From a virus: 64,000 bases of DNA. Positions 1 through 10,444 of the stretch are shown in pieces. The stretch spans positions 67,761 to 131,760 of the IMG/VR virus record IMGVR_UViG_3300050821_008386; one strand, written 5' to 3'. Each line of letters starts with the position of its first letter. The stretch's first letter is position 1. The position numbers and the translations under genes were made by a program. The notes beneath the pieces are model-generated. The model was not told the origin of the DNA and searched no databases. It was given only the letters and a program-made list of their open reading frames with translations.

Positions 1-44
1 CCCCTTGGTTACCAGAGGACCCGTTTTGCATTTACTCGATTTTT

Positions 45-710
45 TCATGTCTGATTTGGGAGCGGTTGATGGCAGCAGGGGCAATATTGAACCGTGGTCT
101 GGCCGGTAGACCATTCGTTGGCAAGCTGGATCGCTGTCCCGAGGTAGCTGTTGCAGTCCACTGTTCCTTGTCCCGCTACTCCCGGCACGGTCCCTCCATC
201 AGTATACTGCCAGAGCCACGCGCTGGTCCACGGAGGAGGGACAACAGGCGAACTGGCGTATTGCGCGAGCCAAAGGCGGCGCGGTGCCCAGAACGCTTGA
301 TCCTGCGGGCGGATCGTCTCTTTAATGGTGTTGCCCGAATATAAAACCCCTTGTGTCGGGCGCCCTAATTCCTGTTCAACAGCAACCGTCCAATCGTGCG
401 CTTGCTGGATGTTCATTTGCGAGGTGTTGTCCTCGTAATCCAAGGCAAACAGATCCTGCGGATTGAGTGCGGCGTGCGACAAGAAATTCTTGGCCTGCGC
501 GGTCACAGAACTGCCGTCGCCGAAATGGAGCGCGCCCCAAAGAAGCCCTGCGCCGACCGCTTTCTCGCGTTCTGGCGCGTAGGTGGCGTCCACATAGGAA
601 CTGCCTTGAGTCGCCTTGTAAATCACGCCGACAATGCCTGACGCTTTGATTTTGGCGTAATCGGTTACGTCGTCCCAATGGGAGAGATCAATTACCAGCA
701 GGTTTATCAT
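45..710 (-). CDS. GH25 muramidase (endolysin)
   Basis: IDLSHWD, YKATQG, ALDYED, LWLAQY, WLWQYT and VDCN are GH25 lysozyme motifs. Confidence 0.92.
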   Translation of the reverse strand: MINLLVIDLSHWDDVTDYAKIKASGIVGVIYKATQGSSYVDATYAPEREKAVGAGLLWGALHFGDGSSVTAQAKNFLSHAALNPQDLFALDYEDNTSQMNIQQAHDWTVAVEQELGRPTQGVLYSGNTIKETIRPQDQAFWAPRRLWLAQYASSPVVPPPWTSAWLWQYTDGGTVPGVAGQGTVDCNSYLGTAIQLANEWSTGQTTVQYCPCCHQPLPNQT

Positions 711-984
711 CTTTTGGTGGTGGGACAGTTTTAGCGACCGGGATAGGGTCAGGAGAGTTGGAAACGTTCACGTCTTTCTGGTAATAACCTCTGATTGCGG
801 TGTTGATGGCTTTCAATCCCGCAACGATGTAGATGACCAGTTTCGTTGTGTCGCTGGTCCCAGGGAAAGCGTTGGCCAGAACAAAGCCAGCGAGTCCTTC
901 GAGGGCGGCTCCCGAGATTCCGAGCAGAGTCGTCTTCCAACTCGGGCCAAGAAGTTTTACCATCTCATCTGACAACTGACTCAT
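688..984 (-). CDS. Holin-like membrane protein
   Basis: 98 aa, SWKTTLLG start, two hydrophobic segments, directly upstream of the endolysin. Confidence 0.65.
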   Translation of the reverse strand: MSQLSDEMVKLLGPSWKTTLLGISGAALEGLAGFVLANAFPGTSDTTKLVIYIVAGLKAINTAIRGYYQKDVNVSNSPDPIPVAKTVPPPKDDKPAGN

Positions 985-1018
985 TTGTAAACTGTAATTC
1001 AGAAATCACGCGGATTCA

Positions 1019-2011
1019 TTACAGAACTCTTCCCTGAGAGACGGGAATGACCGCAGCGGGCGCGAAGCTCGCGATTGCGGCGTTGTATTCGACTGCTGAA
1101 GTTTGGGTGAACGTCGCCGCAAAACTTCCTGTCGCGCTAGTGACAAAGACTTCCGCCTCGATCCTGGCGTTGGCGAATCCGGGTGTCGCCGTCCAGCCTG
1201 CGGTCGCTCCGGTGACGTTGCTCTGACAGATGCAAATCCCACAAAGAACGTCGGCAATAAATGCCGTGGACAAAAACCCGCTGGAGACTGCGGTACCGGT
1301 GTTGCCCGTACCAGAGGAAACGCCGAACGCATCAATGGGATTGCTCAGGCTGACACCGCTATATTCCCAGAAGAACGAGTAAACAAGGTTGGTTCCGGTG
1401 GTATGGACAAGGATGGCAGGTTTGGTGCCGCTCCCGGCGGTGATCGGAGCAACCCAGATGGTCAAAGTGGTCGAACCCGAATCAATGTTAGTGACCGAAT
1501 TCTGGTAAAGGTTACCGGCGGCATCCGTAACACCCGTGATGTTGGTTGGAGAATTAATGGCCGCTGCGACAATCAGGACGTTTCCGGCAGTGATGTTGTT
1601 GCTTGGTGTGATCTGACCAGAGTTGCCGCTCATCGTCGAAGACGATTTGGACTGAATTAATTTGGGCGTAAAAGTAGCCAAAGGTTGGCTCACCTCGCTT
1701 GCCCCGAATGTTTCTGCGCTAGGCAGAGCGTGCAATTGGACAATTACGGGCGACACTATCCCAATCACTCCGAACGCGGCCAAGCTAGGGATTCCCGTCA
1801 GATTGGCAACCTTCGGTGCCGTGATCGCCTGGGTGCCGAACGCTGCCAGACTTGGTATCCCGGTGAGCTGGATATTGACCGATCCAGTGGGCTGAAAGGC
1901 AGCGGTACCGAACGTTCCCGCGCTGGGAATACCGGTTAAAGTAGCGGACGAAGGATTACCGACGTCGTACACCAGCGGCGAATCGTACGGTATACTCCAG
2001 TCGTAAGGCAT
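1019..2011 (-). CDS. Virion/fibre-associated protein with LTGIPSxxxFG repeats and a beta-rich domain
   Basis: 4 LxG/ALPS..FG repeats; AGNVLIV..VTDAAGNLY domain shared with neighbours; ends GRVL. Confidence 0.7.
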   Translation of the reverse strand: MPYDWSIPYDSPLVYDVGNPSSATLTGIPSAGTFGTAAFQPTGSVNIQLTGIPSLAAFGTQAITAPKVANLTGIPSLAAFGVIGIVSPVIVQLHALPSAETFGASEVSQPLATFTPKLIQSKSSSTMSGNSGQITPSNNITAGNVLIVAAAINSPTNITGVTDAAGNLYQNSVTNIDSGSTTLTIWVAPITAGSGTKPAILVHTTGTNLVYSFFWEYSGVSLSNPIDAFGVSSGTGNTGTAVSSGFLSTAFIADVLCGICICQSNVTGATAGWTATPGFANARIEAEVFVTSATGSFAATFTQTSAVEYNAAIASFAPAAVIPVSQGRVL

Positions 2012-2023
2012 TGAGTTACGATA

Positions 2024-5000
2024 TCACAATACCCGGCCCATCCGCGCTGACTGACCCTGAATCGTGACTCTGATATTCCCAAACGCGTTGGCAGAGATTA
2101 TTCCGGTCAGGAATATCTGGGCCGGAGACGACACGATGATGGTGCCGAATTTTTCCGCGCTGACTATTCCTGAGAGTTGTACCGTAGCGGTCCCGGTCGG
2201 AACCAGAGTGAGCGTCCCAAACGCTTGCGCGGAAAGGATACCAGTCAGGGAAATGAACTGGTCGCCAGTGTTCCCTATGGTATCCATCCCGAACTTTTCC
2301 GCGCTCTGTATTCCTGTGAGGAATATCTGAGCGGGAGAAAGGACTGTCGCCGTTCCAAATGTTTCTGCGGTAAGGATGCCGGATAGCGCAATGCTCGCCG
2401 GAGCTTGCACCGCGATGACACCGAACGTTTCCCCGCTGATGATCCCACTGGCCTGACTGGTGAACGTCCCGGTCGCCTGAACCACCGTGGCCCCGAATGT
2501 TTCTGCGGAAAGAATGCCTGAGAGCGTGACGGTAGCCGGGGCAACCACCGTCGGGTGTCCGAACGTTTCCCCGCTGATAATTCCAGTCAGTTGCACCGTT
2601 CTGGAAGCTGTCACGCTGGCCTGCCCGAACGCGCTCGCGCTAACGATTCCGATCAGTCCGATGGTCTGAGGCGTTGGTCCGCCCGCAGGCGCTTTCAGGG
2701 CCAGAACCTGCATGATCCACGCCGAAGAAGTGCTCAGAGATGCGGTGCCTGAAAATGATCCGGCAGAAGCCGCGATCCGGTCTTCTGTGATCAGGCGCGA
2801 GGTGAGATCACGTTGAGTGTAACCTGATCCTGCGGTCAAAGGGCCACCCGCTGAACTCGCTGCCCCAACCAGAATATCGTTCCCTTGCGTGGTAGTGAAC
2901 GGTCCTGTGGTTGGCGCGGTCGAGGTGCCGGTATTGGTGCTCTTGACGTCCAGAGACGATGTACCGGTCAGACCAGCGTATTCCATTACCGCCATGTCGA
3001 TATTGGTGGCAGTCCCTGAAAACGTCACGGTAACCGGGTTAAATCCTGTGGGAGCAGTGGATGCTGGAGGATCGACTCCGTTGACGAACCTGTACCCGGC
3101 GGGGAGGATCACGCTAGTGAACGTCGTCGTCTGCTGCGGATTAGTCGGATCGACCGGCGGCCAGGTCAATGTTCCGAACCAAGTTGGCTTTGACGTCATT
3201 AATAGAGAATTCGGAACCGTCTGGGTGGTCGCGTTAAACCATATCGTCCCGGTGTTTCCGGCACCCGCCACAGTCGCGCAGTTGTAATCTCCCGCGATGA
3301 TGCTTGTGGTGTACGGAAGGCTATTGTCAGATCCTCCACCTCCGTCAGCTAAAGAACTGTATCCAAAGGTGTACCCATACGACCCATCATCATATGATCT
3401 GGAAGTATTGGCCGCTATGAGAGCGGTCATCGTCAGATGCGTAGAACCGTCGTTGTAATGGGTTGTCCCAGTTAACAACTGTTTTGACCCTGCAACGTTC
3501 CCTATGAATACCGGGTAGGTGTTCTGCAGGTCTATGTCAAAACAGAAAAGAGCTTGGTAGGTCCACATTTGCGTCCCAAAAGCCCCTCTGCCGGTCGGTG
3601 GCGTTACTGGAACCCAAGTGGTGCCGGTCGCCCAGTTTCTGATATAACAGGCATGACTGTTGGATCCCCAGATGTCGTCGCTGTAGATATGCGGGCAGAC
3701 GTTCCCCTCAAACAGGTTCATCAGCGGATGCGCGCCGTGATTGGGGTTTATTCCAGGATAATTTGCTTGAGGCGTGTTGGCGTCAAACGATCCGCCTATC
3801 CAGTTATACGCAACCACGTTACCGGACGCTCCCCATTCCAGCATGATGCCGACGTGCCCGTGGTAGATGACGTTGTCTATGACAAGATTCCCGCTAGATT
3901 TGCTGGTTATATCGATGTCGCTGTCCGTCTGGCCGGGAGCGTGCAGATAAGCGTCGTGAAAATTGCTGTGCCTTATCTCGCACCTGATTGCGAAATGGAA
4001 ATCAGCAAAGTCGTTCCCGGTGTAATTGACCTCTATGTTGTTAACCCAGCAGTAAAGTGATGAGAAAAACCTGAGAGTACCGGCTCCGTTTCCCTGCCCC
4101 CCGTAGTTGCTGCTGTTATTGTATATCGTCAGGTTCTCTAATCCTGCTCGAACGCATTCCGTGGTGAATGGAATAGCTAACGGAGTCTGGTTGTACGCCC
4201 AATAAAGCGGAGGATCAATACCTATGGTTGTTCCGTTGACAGAGGTGACGAGCGTGGTCTGACCCATTGCTCGTGTCCCGTTGTACAAGTCGTCGTCAAC
4301 CCAGTTTGCGGTGCCCTCGCCGCCGACATTCGATACCGGGATAGAGGCGTCGTTCAACTGGCTGATGATCAGAGTTTTCCCAACGCTGATATTGGCAGCG
4401 CTTGAGACAACGATACTGGTAGATCCTTGAGTAAGTCCTCCGGTGATCGATACCTGATTTGTCGTGGTGGGTGCCGTGTCACTCAGCGATCCAAACGCCA
4501 CGTTAGCATTACCCGATCCCGTGTAATTGAGGAGAGTAAAGGTGGTTTGCTGATTCGTTCCGACCGGTCCTCCCATGGATTGAGGGCCCGCGCCACGCAA
4601 AACTTTTCCAGAAGGAATCTGTATGCCCGCACCAGCAATTTGGAAGGTTCCCGGTCCTAGAAGGACCACGCTGTTTACAGGTGCGGCAACCAGCGCAGCA
4701 TTGATCGCCGCCGTCTGGTCTGCGCCCGTGGTAGTGATCGTGGCATTGATCGGCCAACCTGCGGACGGAATACCTCCGGGAATACCGGAAATAGTCCAGT
4801 CGATGAACCTTCCAGAAGGTATGATCGGACTGCTCACGGTGGGCTGGATCACCACAATTTTCGGATGATCGCTTAACGGGAGGCCAGAGATGGTCATTAC
4901 CCCGCCAGAGAGCGTGTGACTGTACGCTGAAAGCGGCGTCGAGACGCAGAGGATCAGGTCGTAGAGGTACGATGAATTCGAGAACGTGCCAGTGTAGGGA

Positions 5001-6064
5001 AAACTCACCGTGCAAGTACCCGAGGTCGGAGGAGCGTTGACAGAAGCGTTCCCTACCCAATAAGCGGCAATCGTTTTGGTTGAACCCGTGTAAAGGTATC
5101 CGAACGGTTGAACCGGTGCCGTGTAGGTGACGCTGACGTTACTGATCGTGAGGCCAGAGGTGGTGTACTGATTTGCCGTCCCGGTCACGCCCTGCATCGC
5201 GTTGATGAACCGCATGTACAGCCCGTACGCCAGTTTGAACGCGCCACCCGAAAGAGTGACACCAAACAGGTCCGTGCCCGAGTTGTCCATGTACTCGTAG
5301 ATGAAGCTGTGCTCGACGTTGAACGCGGTCAGCATGCAGAGACGCCGCAACAGGTAACAGGCTTGCTGATCTTGACTGAGTCCGGTCACCGTTTCCGCGC
5401 CCCATTCGGTTTCCCAGATTGGCAACGCGGTCGCGGCATTCAGCGCCGCAATCCATTGGGGATATTCGTTGGTGTACGTGTTGTAGGGCGGTTCGTAGAC
5501 AAGTTCAGGGACAATATCCGGTGAAGTACCCGGATCATACGGATGAACCACTACACCGTTCATCGTGGCTTGTGGTAAGAGGTTCAGGATGGTTGACCCC
5601 TGATATCCCAGTCCGATTACCTGACAATTGGTGTTGGTCACCGCTACCGCTGCGTAAACCGTATTAACTAAAGTGATGTAGTTCTGTTCGCCGGCAGTGG
5701 TATTGAACGCCGAAATATTGTTCGGTTCATTTAAGATCTCGACTGCGCCGACAATCCCCGCGTAATGGCCTGCAAACCACGCGCAAAACGCTGCCATCTG
5801 CGTCGGGTCATACGGAGGATTGGTCCCGACCGCTGCGTTAGATCCAATGATCGCCACGACCTGTAAACCGGCGGCGCCTGCGGCTTGTAACCACCCGTCA
5901 TCGGTGGTGTCAGTCTGGAATACGCCGTTACTCGGGTTCATCGAGGCCCAACTGACGTCGTCACGAATCCATCCTACACCGGTCGCGGCAACCGCTGGCA
6001 TCAAGGTTTTAGACCAACCTTGGCCGAAATGTGTCGCAAACCCGAACCGTGTATCTCCTGCCAT
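2024..6064 (-). CDS. Tailspike/depolymerase: clan GH-A glycoside hydrolase + pectate-lyase-like beta-helix + LxGIxSAExFG repeats
   Basis: EILNEPN, VHPY and IWETEWG (GH-A acid/base and nucleophile); INAAL..VVLLGPGTF..GKVLRGAGP beta-helix start; C-terminal ~22-aa repeats. Confidence 0.8.
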   Translation of the reverse strand: MAGDTRFGFATHFGQGWSKTLMPAVAATGVGWIRDDVSWASMNPSNGVFQTDTTDDGWLQAAGAAGLQVVAIIGSNAAVGTNPPYDPTQMAAFCAWFAGHYAGIVGAVEILNEPNNISAFNTTAGEQNYITLVNTVYAAVAVTNTNCQVIGLGYQGSTILNLLPQATMNGVVVHPYDPGTSPDIVPELVYEPPYNTYTNEYPQWIAALNAATALPIWETEWGAETVTGLSQDQQACYLLRRLCMLTAFNVEHSFIYEYMDNSGTDLFGVTLSGGAFKLAYGLYMRFINAMQGVTGTANQYTTSGLTISNVSVTYTAPVQPFGYLYTGSTKTIAAYWVGNASVNAPPTSGTCTVSFPYTGTFSNSSYLYDLILCVSTPLSAYSHTLSGGVMTISGLPLSDHPKIVVIQPTVSSPIIPSGRFIDWTISGIPGGIPSAGWPINATITTTGADQTAAINAALVAAPVNSVVLLGPGTFQIAGAGIQIPSGKVLRGAGPQSMGGPVGTNQQTTFTLLNYTGSGNANVAFGSLSDTAPTTTNQVSITGGLTQGSTSIVVSSAANISVGKTLIISQLNDASIPVSNVGGEGTANWVDDDLYNGTRAMGQTTLVTSVNGTTIGIDPPLYWAYNQTPLAIPFTTECVRAGLENLTIYNNSSNYGGQGNGAGTLRFFSSLYCWVNNIEVNYTGNDFADFHFAIRCEIRHSNFHDAYLHAPGQTDSDIDITSKSSGNLVIDNVIYHGHVGIMLEWGASGNVVAYNWIGGSFDANTPQANYPGINPNHGAHPLMNLFEGNVCPHIYSDDIWGSNSHACYIRNWATGTTWVPVTPPTGRGAFGTQMWTYQALFCFDIDLQNTYPVFIGNVAGSKQLLTGTTHYNDGSTHLTMTALIAANTSRSYDDGSYGYTFGYSSLADGGGGSDNSLPYTTSIIAGDYNCATVAGAGNTGTIWFNATTQTVPNSLLMTSKPTWFGTLTWPPVDPTNPQQTTTFTSVILPAGYRFVNGVDPPASTAPTGFNPVTVTFSGTATNIDMAVMEYAGLTGTSSLDVKSTNTGTSTAPTTGPFTTTQGNDILVGAASSAGGPLTAGSGYTQRDLTSRLITEDRIAASAGSFSGTASLSTSSAWIMQVLALKAPAGGPTPQTIGLIGIVSASAFGQASVTASRTVQLTGIISGETFGHPTVVAPATVTLSGILSAETFGATVVQATGTFTSQASGIISGETFGVIAVQAPASIALSGILTAETFGTATVLSPAQIFLTGIQSAEKFGMDTIGNTGDQFISLTGILSAQAFGTLTLVPTGTATVQLSGIVSAEKFGTIIVSSPAQIFLTGIISANAFGNIRVTIQGQSARMGRVL

Positions 6065-6065
6065 G

Positions 6066-8381
6066 CTAGATAGGGGAAGTGTACATCCATTGGGTTAAGG
6101 TTCCTACCGTGGTCGGGCCTGCTTGCAAAGTGTACGTGTGCCCTGCCTGATCGGTCAGCGAGGTGATAGTGATCGCCGCAGTGCTGGCAGTCGCGATCAC
6201 GATGACGTTCAAGTCGCCTATCGTTTGTGCCGCAGTGAACGGCACCGTCAAGGTATTGGTTGCGGTCGTGCTGCCCGTCGCGCCCTGAACGAATTGCGGA
6301 GGCGTATTGGTTGTGGTGCCCGAAACCGAGGTCGAGAACGGGCTCGTGTTAGGGATCGGGTTAGTAGCCGAAACCCGATACCAGTAAGTGGTCGAGGGAG
6401 AAAGTCCGGTATCGGTGAAGGTCAGCCCTGTTCCAGTGCCGGGTATGGCGGACCCTCCTGTCACTGTCGCGTACGTCCCGGCTTGGGTGGTGCTTCTCTG
6501 GAGGTTGTAGGTAAGTTGGGTAGCCGGGAAACCGGTGTCCGTGGTGTCCGGCCAGACAACGGTCAATGAAGTCGAGGACGCTGCGGTCACCGAAGTGATG
6601 GTCGGTTGCACCGGAGTGCTGTTTGGCGCAGAAGGGGTCGTGACCGCTGCGGCAATCGATACGTACGCCGATATATTAGGAGGCGAGGTGGTATCTTCTG
6701 ACCGCATCCTGAAGTTGTACGTGGTCAGGGCGGCAAGCCCAGTCACCGTGAATGTCGTCACCCCTACCGGAACCGTCCCAAGCTGGGTAAACGTCGAGAA
6801 TGTCCCGCCCGAAATCTCGATCGGATAAAGAATCTGGGAGGGCGACAACCCTTGTTGGCCTGTTCCCGTGTCGGTTGATCCGGTCCAGGTCAGGGTAATC
6901 GACGCTGAAGACGCTGGCGTGCCCGCGAAGTTGGATGGAAGGGTCGGAGGGACAGTAGCAGGAGAACCTACCGCTGCCTTGAACGCGATTGCGGACGAGT
7001 TAATTCCGTCCGAGGTCGGCGTTATATTCGCCTGGTAGGTGTTGGTCCAATTGAACGGGACGGCGACATTGGCTGTGGGATTGTAGTAAAACCCGTTCCC
7101 GTCCGAGTTATCCATCACGTCGACGTCGGTTTGGCCACCGTAGGTCGTAGTGACAAAAGTCGCCGCGCCGGAAGACGTAGCGTTGGGACTGTCCAGAGAA
7201 GTGGTCGGTCCCGTTCCGTTAGTCGCTTGCGCGATGATTAAGCCATTCGCAGTCGACGGAGTGATTGTCGGGAATCCCGTAAACGAATGAGTACCTTGAC
7301 TGGTCGAAATCGTGGTCTGACTCTGGGGTATTCCAGCAACAGAGTCGTAGGGAGACGTCTGCGCACCTATGATGTCGTACATGATGAACGACAAGAAATA
7401 ACCGCTCGGCAACGTCGGGGTGATCGTCATCGTATCGGTGGCAGTCGTGACATTAGCGGCGTACCAATACTGTCCGTAAGCCCCGGTTCCGCTCGGGTCT
7501 GGTGCCTTAGTCCATGTCAAAGCAGGAGAAGTGGTGACCGCAGAAACGTTTTGAGCGCTCGGTTGGAAGGTGGTAGATAAAACGAGAAGGTTGCCACGCG
7601 TAGGCCAACGCATAAACGTCGTCGGGTTCGCGCCCGCCGACATCAATTCGTGCTGGATTCCAAGCACTCGAATACCGGAAGAAGGAGGAGCCGTTCCAGA
7701 TGATGTTGTGGCAGGTATAAAGACCACCGTGATGCAGTTAAAAGTGTCCCCAGACCCGCCAACGGCGATTGTCGGATTTACGCTTACGCTTCCTGTGCTG
7801 ATCTGGTATTGAGTGCAGTATCCCCACTGGATGCCGCACGTCATGAACGTGAACCCGGTCGATTTCGTGATCTGTGTGACGTTACGATTCGCGTTCTGTC
7901 CCGCGCTATCGATCATGCACATGTAGATCAGGTCGCCTGCGGTCGGGACCACGGCACCGGAAGAGATCGTGGTTGTTCCGGTAGAACTGCCATTAGTGGT
8001 TCTGACCGGAGATGACATTGCTACGTTGTAGAATTCCGCGAGAGAAAAATGTCCGTCGAAAACCGCTTTATCGAACGTGATCGTGATCTGTTTACATGGT
8101 TTAGAGTTCGGAACGTAGTAAATCGAGGTAATCGTCCCTCCCGTTCCGCTAGGGGTATTGACGCTTTTTGCTAAGGTCCAGGTGTTGCTTCCCCCAGAGG
8201 CATCGTCTGCGATGGTGATCGTGCGCCCGGTGACGAAATCAGCGCTCACCTCCATGATGAGCAGGTTCCCGACCAGAGTCGTGTTTGGGAACGATATATG
8301 GAACGGATTGCCGGTGAATCCTTCTTCGGATTCGTTTACAAAACTGCTAAGCGTCTGAACCAGTGTTGGTGTCGCTGGCAT
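6066..8381 (-). CDS. Virion protein with two fibronectin type III domains
   Basis: ITLTWTGS..TGLAALTTYNFRM and LTVVW..FTDTGLSPSTTYWYRVSATN; N-terminal part paralogous to 8383..10443. Confidence 0.78.
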   Translation of the reverse strand: MPATPTLVQTLSSFVNESEEGFTGNPFHISFPNTTLVGNLLIMEVSADFVTGRTITIADDASGGSNTWTLAKSVNTPSGTGGTITSIYYVPNSKPCKQITITFDKAVFDGHFSLAEFYNVAMSSPVRTTNGSSTGTTTISSGAVVPTAGDLIYMCMIDSAGQNANRNVTQITKSTGFTFMTCGIQWGYCTQYQISTGSVSVNPTIAVGGSGDTFNCITVVFIPATTSSGTAPPSSGIRVLGIQHELMSAGANPTTFMRWPTRGNLLVLSTTFQPSAQNVSAVTTSPALTWTKAPDPSGTGAYGQYWYAANVTTATDTMTITPTLPSGYFLSFIMYDIIGAQTSPYDSVAGIPQSQTTISTSQGTHSFTGFPTITPSTANGLIIAQATNGTGPTTSLDSPNATSSGAATFVTTTYGGQTDVDVMDNSDGNGFYYNPTANVAVPFNWTNTYQANITPTSDGINSSAIAFKAAVGSPATVPPTLPSNFAGTPASSASITLTWTGSTDTGTGQQGLSPSQILYPIEISGGTFSTFTQLGTVPVGVTTFTVTGLAALTTYNFRMRSEDTTSPPNISAYVSIAAAVTTPSAPNSTPVQPTITSVTAASSTSLTVVWPDTTDTGFPATQLTYNLQRSTTQAGTYATVTGGSAIPGTGTGLTFTDTGLSPSTTYWYRVSATNPIPNTSPFSTSVSGTTTNTPPQFVQGATGSTTATNTLTVPFTAAQTIGDLNVIVIATASTAAITITSLTDQAGHTYTLQAGPTTVGTLTQWMYTSPI

Positions 8382-8382
8382 G

Positions 8383-10443
8383 TCACGGGAACAGGAAGTG
8401 CGGGTTAGTCGCTACTGTCGGGTTGATAGCCGTGACTCCCGGCTTAAACGCAAACGCCTGGAACGAAGCGGTGTTCGGGAGTGAACTTGAGTTAAACGTC
8501 CACTGCCATGTCAGCGTGCTGGTGTTGGGGTTGTAGTAATGACTGTACCCGTCCGCGTTGACCAAGTTGTCCGCATCAGTCTGCCCGGTGTACGTGTCGG
8601 CGTCGAATGAACCTGAAGGGGTTAATAACGCCGTGGTCGGGCCTGCGCCGTTTTCCACGAAACCGAACACAATACCGTTGGAGACAGACGGAGTGATCGT
8701 CGCGGAACTGAAGGTTTCATTTACCGGAAGCGTGGTTCCGGTAGTGATGGTGATTTGTTGTTGAGGTATCCCGGCAGTCGAGTCATACGGACTGGTAGCC
8801 GCATTGACGATGTCGTAAAACTGGACGGTCAAAAACGGATTAGCCGTAACCGTTGGCGTCATCGTCAGGTTGTCGCCGGGAGTAGCGTTGGCGCAATACC
8901 ACATCTGACCGTATGCCGTGGTGTTAGTGCCAGCGACATGGGTCCAGGTATTTCCCAGATTGGACGCGTTCGCTGTCCAATTCATCTGGGTCGTATTGAA
9001 GTTGGTGTAGGCGACGAAGAGGTTTCCTTTGGTCGCAAACTGCAGTATCCCGGCGTTACCGCTCGGGTTATCGATCAAGGTCGTCCACCGATTGACCACC
9101 CGCATGGCGGTCGAGGACGGAGCGGTGCCTGCGCTCGCCGCTTTGAAAGCTACCGCGAAACAAACGAATAAATCGGTCGATCCGGCCAGTGAACAAGTGG
9201 CGTTAATCGCCGCCGCAGTGGTCTGAATCGTGTAATGGAGGCATTTCGCGGTCGTCTGATCGTTCGTGTACGAGGTCAGTGGTCGGAATCCGGGCCCTGC
9301 AGCGTACGAACTGGCTAAAGGGGTGTTGGTATCCCAATCGTTCGCGTAAACGAGGATCAAATCGCCGCTCGAACCCGGTGTAAACGATCCAGAAGAGAGC
9401 GTAGGACCATTTCCTAACAGATTATTGGCTCCCGAACCGTCTTCAGGACTGCTGGTCGCAATATTGTAGTACTCCAGAATCTCAAATGTCGAGAAAGTCT
9501 GGGTGCCAAACGTGAATGTGACCTTTTGGACGCCTGCACTAGCGTTTGCGAGGTAGAAAACCCAGTGTGTCGTAAAATTTGAGCCGTCCGAAAGAGGGTA
9601 TCCGGTCGCTTTGGTCCAGGTATGGCTTTGATCGTCGGTAACAGTCAGGGTTTGCGAGGTCTGGAACCCGGCAGAGACAAAAGCGATCAGGCAATTATTG
9701 GCTAAAGTCGGATTAGGGTAATTGATGAAGTAGGGACCTCCCGAAACCGCGCCTGAAGCAGCAGTGGAAGCATGCTGAACCATGGTCGGGATGGTTCCCG
9801 TAAATACCGGAGCGGTTTTCTGGATCGCTACCTGCCCAACTACCCACCAATCGTTGGTCGCGCTCACCGTTGCCGTGTGCGCGGTCGCGCTGGCACTCGT
9901 TTTGATCGTGTAGACCAGCGATTTCTTATTGGTCGCCGTGGTGACCGCAACTGTCCCGGAGGTCACCGTGGTGACACCGCCAGTGCCGGTCGTGATAAAC
10001 CCGATCACCAGCGTATTGGCAGTCACCGTGGTCATCGATTGGGATGCCGTAGTGGTATGGCCCGTGGTCGCGGTTCCCAGAACGTCTACATACCCGAATC
10101 CGTTATCGCTTGTCCATGAACCGACGCAAACCGTAGCGGTAGCTTGTGACGCAGCGAATTTGACCGTGACCGTATTGGCGCTAGATGCCGCGGCGGCGAC
10201 ATTGGCACACACGTAAATCGTCTGCATGCCGCCGGCAGCGTTACCAGCGTTCTGATTGGCGTACGCCTGATAATAGATATTGGATTCAGTGTCGGTAACC
10301 GAATTGATTACCTGCGTCAGGCCCGAGGTCCAGATCGAGACGGCGATCAGATCGCCTGCCGACTGCGCCCACGTCATCACCGTGGTATAGGTCGCGGAAG
10401 CTGCATTCTCGGTGGAAGCCGCGTTGACGAAAGTGATTGCCAT
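8383..10443 (-). CDS. Thr/Ser/Ala-rich virion (fibre) protein with repeated beta-sandwich-like domains
   Basis: AGDLI..SVTDTESNIY..NTVTVKF domain; paralogous to 6066..8381. Confidence 0.7.
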   Translation of the reverse strand: MAITFVNAASTENAASATYTTVMTWAQSAGDLIAVSIWTSGLTQVINSVTDTESNIYYQAYANQNAGNAAGGMQTIYVCANVAAAASSANTVTVKFAASQATATVCVGSWTSDNGFGYVDVLGTATTGHTTTASQSMTTVTANTLVIGFITTGTGGVTTVTSGTVAVTTATNKKSLVYTIKTSASATAHTATVSATNDWWVVGQVAIQKTAPVFTGTIPTMVQHASTAASGAVSGGPYFINYPNPTLANNCLIAFVSAGFQTSQTLTVTDDQSHTWTKATGYPLSDGSNFTTHWVFYLANASAGVQKVTFTFGTQTFSTFEILEYYNIATSSPEDGSGANNLLGNGPTLSSGSFTPGSSGDLILVYANDWDTNTPLASSYAAGPGFRPLTSYTNDQTTAKCLHYTIQTTAAAINATCSLAGSTDLFVCFAVAFKAASAGTAPSSTAMRVVNRWTTLIDNPSGNAGILQFATKGNLFVAYTNFNTTQMNWTANASNLGNTWTHVAGTNTTAYGQMWYCANATPGDNLTMTPTVTANPFLTVQFYDIVNAATSPYDSTAGIPQQQITITTGTTLPVNETFSSATITPSVSNGIVFGFVENGAGPTTALLTPSGSFDADTYTGQTDADNLVNADGYSHYYNPNTSTLTWQWTFNSSSLPNTASFQAFAFKPGVTAINPTVATNPHFLFP

Positions 10444-10444
10444 A

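Noticed and set aside
3061-6067. ATGCT direct repeat as transposon target-site duplication or intron boundary
   Set aside because: No transposase, terminal inverted repeats or intron core seen; precise excision would not restore the frame; 5 bp can occur by chance.
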